From NCBI RefSeq assembly GCF_009914755.1, contig NC_060948.1: a stretch of 64,000 bases of DNA. One strand, 5' to 3'. The notes under the pieces were generated by a model. That model worked only from the letters and a program-made list of their open reading frames with translations. It did not search any database and was not told the DNA's origin. The position numbers and the translations under genes are program-made. Positions 42,184-56,399 of this stretch are shown here, piece after piece. Each line of letters opens with the position of its first letter. Positions within the stretch are counted from its first letter, which is position 1. This stretch comes from the human T2T-CHM13v2.0 reference genome, Homo sapiens.

Positions 42184-45100
42184 ATGGAATCAAATCAATG
42201 GAATCAAATCAAATGGAATGGAAAGGAATTGAATGGAGTACATTGGATTGGATGGGATTGGAATGAAATGTACTGGAAAGGACTCGAATTTCATGAAACG
42301 GAATGGAATGAATTGGAACGGAATGGACTCGAATGGAATGGAATGTCATGGAATGGCATCAAATGGAATGGCATCAAATGGAATGGAATCGAATGCAATG
42401 GAATGTTATGGAATGGAATGGAATGCATTGGAATGGAATGTCCTCTAATGGAATGGATTCGAGTGGAATGGAATCGAATATAATGGAGTCGAATGAAATG
42501 GAATTGAAAAGAATGGGATCGAATACAATGGAATATACTGGAATGTAATGTAATGAACTCGAATGTAATTGACTGGAATGGAATGTACATGAATGGAATG
42601 TAATCGAATGGAAAGTAATCCAATGGAATAGAATCTAATGCAATAAAATCGACTCAGATAGAGTAGAATGTAATGGAATGGAGTGCAGTGCAATGGAATG
42701 GAATGGAATGGAATGCAATGGAATGGAATAGAATGGAATGGAATGGGATGGAATGGTATGGAATGGATAGTAATGGACTGGAGTGAAATGGACTGGAAAG
42801 GAATGGACTCAAATTGAAAGGGCTCGAAAGGAATGGAGGCAAATGGAATGGTCTGGAATGGAATGAACACGAATGTAATGCAATCCAATAGAATGGAGTC
42901 GAATGGCATGGAATATACAGAAATGGAATCGAAAAGAATGGAAACAAATGGAATGGAATTGAATGGAATGGAATTGAATGGAATGGGAACGAATGGAGTG
43001 AAATTGTATGCAGTAGAAGAGAATAGAATGGAATGCAAGCGAAAGGAAAGGAATGGATTGGAATGGAATGGAATTCATTGGAATGGAAGGGAATGTAGTG
43101 TAATGGACAGGCCTGGAATAAAGTGGAATGCTACGGTCTCGAATGGAATAAAAATGTATGGAATGGAATGCAATGAAACGGAATCGAATGTCATAGAATG
43201 TAATGGAATGCAAAAAAATGGAATCCAAAATCATTGACTGGAAAGGCTGGGTGTCGAAAGGAATTGACTCCAATGGAATGGAATCGAATGGAATGGAAGT
43301 GAATAGAATCGAACTAAATCGAATGGAATGGAATTGATAGGAACGGAATGGAAAGGAATGCAATGATTTGGCATGGAATGGAATCGAATGCCATCGAATG
43401 GAATGGAATGGAATGCAATGGAATGGAATGTATTAGAATGTAATGAACTTTAATGGAATGTACTCGAATGGATTCGACTGGAATGGAATGTTCTGGAAGT
43501 GAATGGACTCCAATGGAATGGATTCAAAAGGAATGGAATCGTACGGAATGGAATCTAATGGAATGGAATTAAATGGAAATGAATCAAATTGAATAGCACG
43601 GAATTGAATTGAATGGAATGGAATGCAATGGAATCTAATGAAACGGAAAGGAAAGGAATGGAATGGAATGGAATGGGCTGGAATGGAATGGAATCGAAAC
43701 GAATGGAATGGAATCGAACTGAAGAGACTGGAATGGAATGCACTGGAATGGAAGGCAGTGTAATGGAAGGTTCTCGAAAAAAATGGAATCGAATGGAATG
43801 GAATTGAATGGAACGGAATAGAGTCGAATGGAATTGAATGGAATGGAATGGACTAGAGTGAAATGGAATCGAACCACAAGGAATGGACAGGAATAGAATG
43901 GTCTCGAATTGAATGGAATCGTATGGAATGGCATCAAACGGAATGGAATGGACAGCCACGGAATGGAATGCACTCGAATGCAATGGAGTCGAAACTAATG
44001 GACTGGAATAGAATGGATTCGACTGGTACGGACTCCAATGGAATGGAATCGAATGGAAGGGAATCGAACGGAATGGACTCGAAGGGAAAAGACTGCAATG
44101 GAAAGGTCTCGAATGGAATGGAAATTAATGGAATGGAATGGAATCGAATGAAATGGAGTCAAAAGGAATGGAATCGAATGGCAAGAAATCAAATGTAATG
44201 GAATCGCAAGGAATTGATGTGAACGGAACGGAATGGAATGGAATCCAAAGGAATGGAATAGAATGGAATGGAATCGAATGGAAAGGACTCGAATGGAAAT
44301 CACTCGAATAGAATGCAATTTAATAAAATAGGATCAAATGTAATGGAATGGAATGGAAAGGAATCGAAACGAAAGGAATGGAGACAGATGGAATGGAATG
44401 GAACAGAGAGCAATGATATAGAATGGAATGGAATCATCTGGAATGGAATTGAATGGAATGGAATAATATGAAATGGAATGGAATGGAATGGAATGGAATG
44501 CCCTTGAATTAAATGGACTGGAATGGAATGGACTCGAACAGAGTGGAATGGAAAGTGTTGAGATAGAATGGAATGGACTCCTTTGGAATGGTGTAGTATG
44601 CAATGTAATCGACTGGCAGGGAATCAAAAGGAATGTAATCGAATGGATTGGACTGGAATGCAATGGACTCGAATAGATTGGAAACGGAATGCAAAGGAAT
44701 GGAATGGAATAGTATGGAATAGAATGGAAAGGAATGGAGTGGAATAGACTAGAGTGGAATGGAATGGACTGGAAAGCAATGGACTGGAATGGAACTTTCT
44801 TGAATGGACTGGAATCAAACGGAATGGAATGCAATGCAATCAAATGGCATGGAATAAAATAGAATGAAAGAGAATCAAATGGAATTGAATCGAATGGAAT
44901 CGAATGGATTGGAAAGGAATAGAATGGAATGGAATGGAATTGACTCAAATGGAATGGACTAGAATGGAATGGATTCGAATGGAAGGCAAAGGAATGGAAT
45001 CTATTGGAATGGAATGTAATGGAATGGAATGGAAGGGATTGGAATGGACTCGAATGGAATGGACTGCAATAGAAAGGATTCGAATGGAATGAAAAAGAAT

Positions 45101-45732
45101 TGAATGGAATAGAACAGAATGGAATCAAATCGAATGAAATGGAATGGAATAGAAAGGAATGGAATGAAATGGAATGGAAAGGATTCGAATGGAATGCAAT
45201 CGAATGGAATGGAATCGAACGGAATGGAATAAAATGGAAGAAAACTGGCAAGAAATGGAATCGAAATGAATGGAGTGTTATGGAATGGACGCAAAAGGAA
45301 TTGAATGTAATAGAATGGAGTGGAGTGGACTCGAATATAATGGACTGGAATGGAATGAAATCACACGGAATGGGAACGAATGGAATGGAATGGAAAGGAA
45401 TGGAATCGAATGGAAAGGAATCGAATGGAAGGGAATGAAATTGAATCAACAGGAATGGAAGGGAATAGAATAGACGGTAATGGAATGGACTCGAATAGAA
45501 TGGACACGAATGCTCAAATTGAATGGACTCGAATGGAATGGAAAGGAAAGGAATGTCATCGAATGGAATTGAATCGATTGGAATGAAATCGCATAGAATG
45601 GAGTGGAATCAAATGGAATTGAATCGAAAGGAAAGGAAGCGAATGGACTGAAATGAAATGGAATGGAATTGAATGGAAAGTAATGCAATGGAATAGAATG
45701 GAACGAAATTTCACGGAATGGAATCAAACTGA
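42184..45732 (+). repeat. DYZ1 unit 13 (3549 bp)
   Basis: Landmark spacing. Confidence 0.9.
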
Positions 45733-48700
45733 ATGGAATCAAATCAATGGAATCAAATCAAATGGAATGGAAAGGAATTGAATGGAGTACATTGGATTGG
45801 ATGGGATTGGAATGAAATGTACTGGAAAGGACTCGAATTTCATGAAACGGAATGGAATGAATTGGAACGGAATGGACTCGAATGGAATGGAATGTCATGG
45901 AATGGCATCAAATGGAATGGCATCAAATGGAATGGAATCGAATGCAATGGAATGCTATGGAATGGAATGGAATGCATTGGAATGGAATGTCCTCTAATGG
46001 AATGGATTCGAGTGGAATGGAATCGAATATAATGGAGTCGAATGAAATGGAATTGAAAAGAATGGGATCGAATACAATGGAATATACTGGAATGTAATGT
46101 AATGAACTCGAATGTAATTGACTAGAATGGAATGTACATGAATGGAATGTAATCGAATGGAAAGTAATCCAATGGAATAGAATCTAATGCAATAAAATCG
46201 ACTCAGATAGAGTAGAATGTAATGGAATGGAGTGCAGTGCAATGGAATGGAATGGAATGGAATGCAATGGAATGGAATGGAATGGAATGGAATGGAATGG
46301 GATGGAATGGTATGGAATGGACAGTAATGGACTGGAGTGAAATGGACTGGAAAGGAATGGACTCAAATTGAAAGGGCTCGAAAGGAATGGAGACAAATGG
46401 AATGGTCTGGAATGGAATGAACACGAATGTAATGCAATACAATAGAATGGAGTCGAATGGCATGGAATATACAGAAATGGAATCGAAAAGAATGGAAACA
46501 AATGGAATGGAATTGAATGGAATGGAATTGAATGGAATGGGAACGAATGCAGTGAAATTGTATGCAGTAGAAGAGAATAGAATGGAATGCAAGCGAAAGG
46601 AAAGGAATGGATTGGAATGGAATGGAATTCATTGGAATGGAAGGGAATGTAGTGTAATGGACAGGCCTGGAATAAAGTGGAATGCTACGGTCTCGAATGG
46701 AATAAAAATGTATGGAATGGAATGCAATGAAACGGAATCGAATGTCATAGAATGTAATGGAATGCAAAAAAATGGAATCCAAAATCATTGACTGGAAAGG
46801 CTGGGTGTCGAAAGGAATTGACTCCAATGGAATGGAATCGAATGGAATGGAAGTGAATAGAATCGAACTAAATCGAATGGAATGGAATTGATAGGAACGG
46901 AATGGAAAGGAATGCAATGATTTGGCATGGAATGGAATCGAATGCCATCGAATGGAATGGAATGGAATGCAATGGAATGGAATGTATTAGAATGTAATGA
47001 ACTTTAATGGAATGTACTCGAATGGATTCGACTGGAATGGAATGTTCTGGAAGTGAATGGACTCCAATGGAATGGATTCAAAAGGAATGGAATCGTACGG
47101 AATGGAATCTAATGGAATGGAATTAAATGGAAATGAATCAAATTGAATAGCACGGAATTGAATTGAATGGAATGGAATGCAATGGAATCTAATGAAACGG
47201 AAAGGAAAGGAATGGAATGGAATGGAATGGGCTGGAATGGAATGGAATCGAAACGAATGGAATGGAATCGAACTGAAGAGACTGGAATGGAATGCACTGG
47301 AATGGAAGGGAGTGTAATGGAAGGTTCTCGAAAAAAATGGAATCGAATGGAATGGAATTGAATGGAACGGAATAGAGTCGAATGGAATTGAATGGAATGG
47401 AATGGACTAGAGTGAAATGGAATCGAACCACAAGGAATGGACAGGAATAGAATGGTCTCGAATTGAATGGAATCGTATGGAATGGCATCAAACGGAATGG
47501 AATGGACAGCCACGGAATGGAATGCACTCGAATGCAATGGAGTCGAAACTAATGGACTGGAATAGAATGGATTCGACTGGTACGGACTCCAATGGAATGG
47601 AATCGAATGGAAGGGAATCGAACGGAATGGACTCGAAGGGAAAAGACTGCAATGGAAAGGTCTCGAATGGAATGGAAATTAATGGAATGGAATGGAATCG
47701 AATGAAATGGAGTCAAAAGGAATGGAATCGAATGGCAAGAAATCAAATGTAATGGAATCGCAAGGAATTGATGTGAACGGAACGGAATGGAATGGAATCC
47801 AAAGGAATGGAATAGAATGGAATGGAATCGAATGGAAAGGACTCGAATGGAAATCACTCGAATAGAATGCAATTTAATAAAATAGGATCAAATGTAATGG
47901 AATGGAATGGAAAGGAATCGAAACGAAAGGAATGGAGACAGATGGAATGGAATGGAACAGAGAGCAATGATATAGAATGGAATGGAATCATCTGGAATGG
48001 AATTGAATGGAATGGAATAATATGAAATGGAATGGAATGGAATGGAATGGAATGCCCTTGAATTAAATGGACTGGAATGGAATGGACTCGAACAGAGTGG
48101 AATGGAAAGTGTTGAGATAGAATGGAATGGACTCCTTTGGAATGGTGTAGTATGCAATGTAATCGACTGGCAGGGAATCAAAAGGAATGTAATCGAATGG
48201 ATTGGACTGGAATGCAATGGACTCGAATAGATTGGAAACGGAATGCAAAGGAATGGAATGGAATAGTATGGAATGGAATGGAAAGGAATGGAGTGGAATA
48301 GACTAGAGTGGAATGGAATGGACTGGAAAGCAATGGACTGGAATGGAACTTTCTTGAATGGACTGGAATCAAACGGAATGGAATGCAATGCAATCAAATG
48401 GCATGGAATAAAATAGAATGAAAGAGAATCAAATGGAATTGAATCGAATGGAATCGAATGGATTGGAAAGGAATAGAATGGAATGGAATGGAATTGACTC
48501 AAATGGAATGGACTAGAATGGAATGGATTCGAATGGAAGGCAAAGGAATGGAATCTATTGGAATGGAATGTAATGGAATGGAATGGAAGGGATTGGAATG
48601 GACTCGAATGGAATGGACTGCAATAGAAAGGATTCGAATGGAATGAAAAAGAATTGAATGGAATAGAACAGAATGGAATCAAATCGAATGAAATGGAATG

Positions 48701-49286
48701 GAATAGAAAGGAATGGAATGAAATGGAATGGAAAGGATTCGAATGGAATGCAATCGAATGGAATGGAATCGAACGGAATGGAATAAAATGGAAGAAAACT
48801 GGCAAGAAATGGAATCGAAATGAATGGAGTGTTATGGAATGGACGCAAAAGGAATTGAATGTAATAGAATGGAGTGGAGTGGACTCGAATATAATGGACT
48901 GGAATGGAATGAAATCACACGGAATGGGAACGAATGGAATGGAATGGAAAGGAATGGAATCGAATGGAAAGGAATCGAATGGAAGGGAATGAAATTGAAT
49001 CAACAGGAATGGAAGGGAATAGAATAGACGGTAATGGAATGGACTCGAATAGAATGGACACGAATGCTCAAATTGAATGGACTCGAATGGAATGGAAAGG
49101 AAAGGAATGTCATCGAATGGAATTGAATCGATTGGAATGAAATCGCATAGAATGGAGTGGAATCAAATGGAATTGAATCGAAAGGAAAGGAAGCGAATGG
49201 ACTGAAATGAAATGGAATGGAATTGAATGGAAAGTAATGCAATGGAATAGAATGGAACGAAATTTCACGGAATGGAATCAAACTGA
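45733..49286 (+). repeat. DYZ1 unit 14 (3554 bp)
   Basis: Landmark spacing. Nearly identical to unit 15. Confidence 0.9.
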
Positions 49287-52200
49287 ATGGAATCAAATCA
49301 ATGGAATCAAATCAAATGGAATGGAAAGGAATTGAATGGAGTACATTGGATTGGATGGGATTGGAATGAAATGTACTGGAAAGGACTCGAATTTCATGAA
49401 ACGGAATGGAATGAATTGGAACGGAATGGACTCGAATGGAATGGAATGTCATGGAATGGCATCAAATGGAATGGCATCAAATGGAATGGAATCGAATGCA
49501 ATGGAATGCTATGGAATGGAATGGAATGCATTGGAATGGAATGTCCTCTAATGGAATGGATTCGAGTGGAATGGAATCGAATATAATGGAGTCGAATGAA
49601 ATGGAATTGAAAAGAATGGGATCGAATACAATGGAATATACTGGAATGTAATGTAATGAACTCGAATGTAATTGACTGGAATGGAATGTACATGAATGGA
49701 ATGTAATCGAATGGAAAGTAATCCAATGGAATAGAATCTAATGCAATAAAATCGACTCAGATAGAGTAGAATGTAATGGAATGGAGTGCAGTGCAATGGA
49801 ATGGAATGGAATGGAATGCAATGGAATGGAATGGAATGGAATGGAATGGAATCGGATGGAATGGTATGGAATGGACAGTAATGGACTGGAGTGAAATGGA
49901 CTGGAAAGGAATGGACTCAAATTGAAAGGGCTCGAAAGGAATGGAGACAAATGGAATGGTCTGGAATGGAATGAACACGAATGTAATGCAATACAATAGA
50001 ATGGAGTCGAATGGCATGGAATATACAGAAATGGAATCGAAAAGAATGGAAACAAATGGAATGGAATTGAATGGAATGGAATTGAATGGAATGGGAACGA
50101 ATGGAGTGAAATTGTATGCAGTAGAAGAGAATAGAATGGAATGCAAGCGAAAGGAAAGGAATGGATTGGAATGGAATGGAATTCATTGGAATGGAAGGGA
50201 ATGTAGTGTAATGGACAGGCCTGGAATAAAGTGGAATGCTACGGTCTCGAATGGAATAAAAATGTATGGAATGGAATGCAATGAAACGGAATCGAATGTC
50301 ATAGAATGTAATGGAATGCAAAAAAATGGAATCCAAAATCATTGACTGGAAAGGCTGGGTGTCGAAAGGAATTGACTCCAATGGAATGGAATCGAATGGA
50401 ATGGAAGTGAATAGAATCGAACTAAATCGAATGGAATGGAATTGATAGGAACGGAATGGAAAGGAATGCAATGATTTGGCATGGAATGGAATCGAATGCC
50501 ATCGAATGGAATGGAATGGAATGCAATGGAATGGAATGTATTAGAATGTAATGAACTTTAATGGAATGTACTCGAATGGATTCGACTGGAATGGAATGTT
50601 CTGGAAGTGAATGGACTCCAATGGAATGGATTCAAAAGGAATGGAATCGTACGGAATAGAATCTAATGGAATGGAATTAAATGGAAATGAATCAAATTGA
50701 ATAGCACGGAATTGAATTGAATGGAATGGAATGCAATGGAATCTAATGAAACGGAAAGGAAAGGAATGGAATGGAATGGAATGGGCTGGAATGGAATGGA
50801 ATCGAAACGAATGGAATGGAATCGAACTGAAGAGACTGGAATGGAATGCACTGGAATGGAAGGGAGTGTAATGGAAGGTTCTCGAAAAAAATGGAATCGA
50901 ATGGAATGGAATTGAATGGAACGGAATAGAGTCGAATGGAATTGAATGGAATGGAATGGACTAGAGTGAAATGGAATCGAACCACAAGGAATGGACAGGA
51001 ATAGAATGGTCTCGAATTGAATGGAATCGTATGGAATGGCATCAAACGGAATGGAATGGACAGCCACGGAATGGAATGCACTCGAATGCAATGGAGTCGA
51101 AACTAATGGACTGGAATAGAATGGATTCGACTGGTACGGACTCCAATGGAATGGAATCGAATGGAAGGGAATCGAACGGAATGGACTCGAAGGGAAAAGA
51201 CTGCAATGGAAAGGTCTCGAATGGAATGGAAATTAATGGAATGGAATGGAATCGAATGAAATGGAGTCAAAAGGAATGGAATCGAATGGCAAGAAATCAA
51301 ATGTAATGGAATCGCAAGGAATTGATGTGAACGGAACGGAATGGAATGGAATCCAAAGGAATGGAATAGAATGGAATGGAATCGAATGGAAAGGACTCGA
51401 ATGGAAATCACTCGAATAGAATGCAATTTAATAAAATAGGATCAAATGTAATGGAATGGAATGGAAAGGAATCGAAACGAAAGGAATGGAGACAGATGGA
51501 ATGGAATGGAACAGAGAGCAATGATATAGAATGGAATGGAATCATCTGGAATGGAATTGAATGGAATGGAATAATATGAAATGGAATGGAATGGAATGGA
51601 ATGGAATGCCCTTGAATTAAATGGACTGGAATGGAATGGACTCGAACAGAGTGGAATGGAAAGTGTTGAGATAGAATGGAATGGACTCCTTTGGAATGGT
51701 GTAGTATGCAATGTAATCGACTGGCAGGGAATCAAAAGGAATGTAATCGAATGGATTGGACTGGAATGCAATGGACTCGAATAGATTGGAAACGGAATGC
51801 AAAGGAATGGAATGGAATAGTATGGAATGGAATGGAAAGGAATGGAGTGGAATAGACTAGAGTGGAATGGAATGGACTGGAAAGCAATGGACTGGAATGG
51901 AACTTTCTTGAATGGACTGGAATCAAACGGAATGGAATGCAATGCAATCAAATGGCATGGAATAAAATAGAATGAAAGAGAATCAAATGGAATTGAATCG
52001 AATGGAATCGAATGGATTGGAAAGGAATAGAATGGAATGGAATGGAATTGACTCAAATGGAATGGACTAGAATGGAATGGATTCGAATGGAAGGCAAAGG
52101 AATGGAATCTATTGGAATGGAATGTAATGGAATGGAATGGAAGGGATTGGAATGGACTCGAATGGAATGGACTGCAATAGAAAGGATTCGAATGGAATGA

Positions 52201-52840
52201 AAAAGAATTGAATGGAATAGAACAGAATGGAATCAAATCGAATGAAATGGAATGGAATAGAAAGGAATGGAATGAAATGGAATGGAAAGGATTCGAATGG
52301 AATGCAATCGAATGGAATGGAATCGAACGGAATGGAATAAAATGGAAGAAAACTGGCAAGAAATGGAATCGAAATGAATGGAGTGTTATGGAATGGACGC
52401 AAAAGGAATTGAATGTAATAGAATGGAGTGGAGTGGACTCGAATATAATGGACTGGAATGGAATGAAATCACACGGAATGGGAACGAATGGAATGGAATG
52501 GAAAGGAATGGAATCGAATGGAAAGGAATCGAATGGAAGGGAATGAAATTGAATCAACAGGAATGGAAGGGAATAGAATAGACGGTAATGGAATGGACTC
52601 GAATAGAATGGACACGAATGCTCAAATTGAATGGACTCGAATGGAATGGAAAGGAAAGGAATGTCATCGAATGGAATTGAATCGATTGGAATGAAATCGC
52701 ATAGAATGGAGTGGAATCAAATGGAATTGAATCGAAAGGAAAGGAAGCGAATGGACTGAAATGAAATGGAATGGAATTGAATGGAAAGTAATGCAATGGA
52801 ATAGAATGGAACGAAATTTCACGGAATGGAATCAAACTGA
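49287..52840 (+). repeat. DYZ1 unit 15 (3554 bp)
   Basis: Landmark spacing. Nearly identical to unit 14. Confidence 0.9.
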
Positions 52841-55800
52841 ATGGAATCAAATCAATGGAATCAAATCAAATGGAATGGAAAGGAATTGAATGGAGTACAT
52901 TGGATTGGATGGGATTGGAATGAAATGTACTGGAAAGGACTCGAATTTCATGAAACGGAATGGAATGAATTGGAACGGAATGGACTCGAATGGAATGGAA
53001 TGTCATGGAATGGCATCAAATGGAATGGCATCAAATGGAATGGAATCGAATGCAATGGAATGCTATGGAATGGAATGGAATGCATTGGAATGGAATGTCC
53101 TCTAATGGAATGGATTCGAGTGGAATGGAATCGAATATAATGGAGTCGAATGAAATGGAATTGAAAAGAATGGGATCGAATACAATGGAATATACTGGAA
53201 TGTAATGTAATGAACTCGAATGTAATTGACTGGAATGGAATGTACATGAATGGAATGTAATCGAATGGAAAGTAATCCAATGGAATAGAATCTAATGCAA
53301 TAAAATCGACTCAGATAGAGTAGAATGTAATGGAATGGAGTGCAGTGCAATGGAATGGAATGGAATGGAATGCAATGGAATGGAATGGAATGGAATGGAA
53401 TGGAATGGAATGGGATGGAATGGTATGGAATGGACAGTAATGGACTGGAGTGAAATGGACTGGAAAGGAATGGACTCAAATTGAAAGGGCTCGAAAGGAA
53501 TGGAGACAAATGGAATGGTCTGGAATGGAATGAACACGAATGTAATGCAATACAATAGAATGGAGTCGAATGGCATGGAATATACAGAAATGGAATCGAA
53601 AAGAATGGAAACAAATGGAATGGAATTGAATGGAATGGAATTGAATGGAATGGGAACGAATGGAGTGAAATTGTATGCAGTAGAAGAGAATAGAATGGAA
53701 TGCAAGCGAAAGGAAAGGAATGGATTGGAATGGAATGGAATTCATTGGAATGGAAGGGAATGTACTGTAATGGACAGGCCTGGAATAAAGTGGAATGCTA
53801 CGGTCTCGAATGGAATAAAAATGTATGGAATGGAATGCAATGAAACGGAATCGAATGTCATAGAATGTAATGGAATGCAAAAAAATGGAATCCGAAATCA
53901 TTGACTGGAAAGGCTGGGTGTCGAAAGGAATTGACTCCAATGGAATGGAATCGAATGGAATGGAAGTGAATAGAATCAAACTAAATCGAATGGAATGGAA
54001 TTGATAGGAACGGAATGGAAAGGAATGCAATGATTTGGCATGGAATGGAACCGAATGGCATCGAATGGAATGGAATGGAATGCAATGGAATGGAATGTAT
54101 TAGAATGTAATGAACTTTAATGGAATGTACTCGAATGGATTCGACTGGAATGGAATGTTCTGGAAGTGAATGGACTCCAATGGAATGGATTCAAAAGGAA
54201 TGGAATCGTACGGAATGGAATCTAATGGAATGGAATTAAATGGAAATGAATCAAATTGAATAGCACGGAATTGAATTGAATGGAATGGAATGCAATGGAA
54301 TCTAATGAAACGGAAAGGAAAGGAATGCAATGGAATGGAATGGGCTGGAATGGAAAGGAATCGAAACGAATGGAATGGAATCGAACTGAAGAGACTGGAA
54401 TGGAATGCACTGGAATGGAAGGGAGTGTAATGGAAGGTTCTCGAAAATAATGGAATCGAATGGAATGGAATTGAATGGAACGGAATAGAGTCGAATGGAA
54501 TTGAATGGAATGGAATGGACTAGAGTGAAATGGAATCGAACCACAAGGAATGGACAGGAATAGAATGGTCTCGAATTGAATGGAATCGTATGGAATGGCA
54601 TCAAACGGAATGGAATGGACAGCCACGGAATGGAATGCACTCGAATGCAATGGAGTCGAAACTAATGGACTGGAATAGAATGGATTCGACTGGTACGGAC
54701 TCCAATGGAATGGAATCGAATGGAAGGGAATCGAACGGAATGGACTCGAAGGGAAAAGACTGCAATGGAAAGGTCTCGAATGGAATGGAAATTAATGGAA
54801 TGGAATGGAATCGAATGAAATGGAGTCAAAAGGAATGGAATCGAATGGCAAGAAATCAAATGTAATGGAATCGCAAGGAATTGATGTGAACGGAACGGAA
54901 TGGAATGGAATCCAAAGGAATGGAATAGAATGGAATGGAATCGAATGGAAAGGACTCGAATGGAAATCACTCGAATAGAATGCAATTTAATAAAATAGGA
55001 TCAAATGTAATGGAATGGAATGGAAAGGAATCGAAACGAAAGGAATGGAGACAGATGGAATGGAATGGAACAGAGAGCAATGATATAGAATGGAATGGAA
55101 TCATCTGGAATGGAATTGAATGGAATGGAATAATATGAAATGGAATGGAATGGAATGGAATGGAATGCCCTTGAATTAAATGGACTGGAATGGAATGGAC
55201 TCGAACAGAGTGGAATGGAAAGTGTTGAGATAGAATGGAATGGACTCCTTTGGAATGGTGTAGTATGCAATGTAATCGACTGGCAGGGAATCAAAAGGAA
55301 TGTAATCGAATGGATTGGACTGGAATGCAATGGACTCGAATAGATTGGAAACGGAATGCAAAGGAATGGAATGGAATAGTATGGAATGGAATGGAAAGGA
55401 ATGGAGTGGAATAGACTAGAGTGGAATGGAATGGACTGGAAAGCAATGGACTGGAATGGAACTTTCTTGAATGGACTGGAATCAAACGGAATGGAATGCA
55501 ATGCAATCAAATGGCATGGAATAAAATAGAATGAAAGAGAATCAAATGGAATTGAATCGAATGGAATCGAATGGATTGGAAAGGAATAGAATGGAATGGA
55601 ATGGAATTGACTCAAATGGAATGGACTAGAATGGAATGGATTCGAATGGAAGGCAAAGGAATGGAATCTATTGGAATGGAATGTAATGGAATGGAATGGA
55701 AGGGATTGGAATGGACTCGAATGGAATGGACTGCAATAGAAAGGATTCGAATGGAATGAAAAAGAATTGAATGGAATAGAACAGAATGGAATCAAATCGA

Positions 55801-56399
55801 ATGAAATGGAATGGAATAGAAAGGAATGGAATGAAATGGAATGGAAAGGATTCGAATGGAATGCAATCGAATGGAATGGAATCGAACGGAATGGAATAAA
55901 ATGGAAGAAAACTGGCAAGAAATGGAATCGAAATGAATGGAGTGTTATGGAATGGACGCAAAAGGAATTGAATGTAATAGAATGGAGTGGAGTGGACTCG
56001 AATATAATGGACTGGAATGGAATGAAATCACACGGAATGGGAACGAATGGAATGGAATGGAAAGGAATGGAATCGAATGGAAAGGAATCGAATGGAAGGG
56101 AATGAAATTGAATCAACAGGAATGGAAGGGAATAGAATAGACGGTAATGGAATGGACTCGAATAGAATGGACACGAATGCTCAAATTGAATGGACTCGAA
56201 TGGAATGGAAAGGAAAGGAATGTCATCGAATGGAATTGAATCGATTGGAATGAAATCGCATAGAATGGAGTGGAATCAAATGGAATTGAATCGAAAGGAA
56301 AGGAAGCGAATGGACTGAAATGAAATGGAATGGAATTGAATGGAAAGTAATGCAATGGAATAGAATGGAACGAAATTTCACGGAATGGAATCAAACTGA
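52841..56399 (+). repeat. DYZ1 unit 16 (3559 bp)
   Basis: Landmark spacing. Mosaic of two variant haplotypes. Confidence 0.9.
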
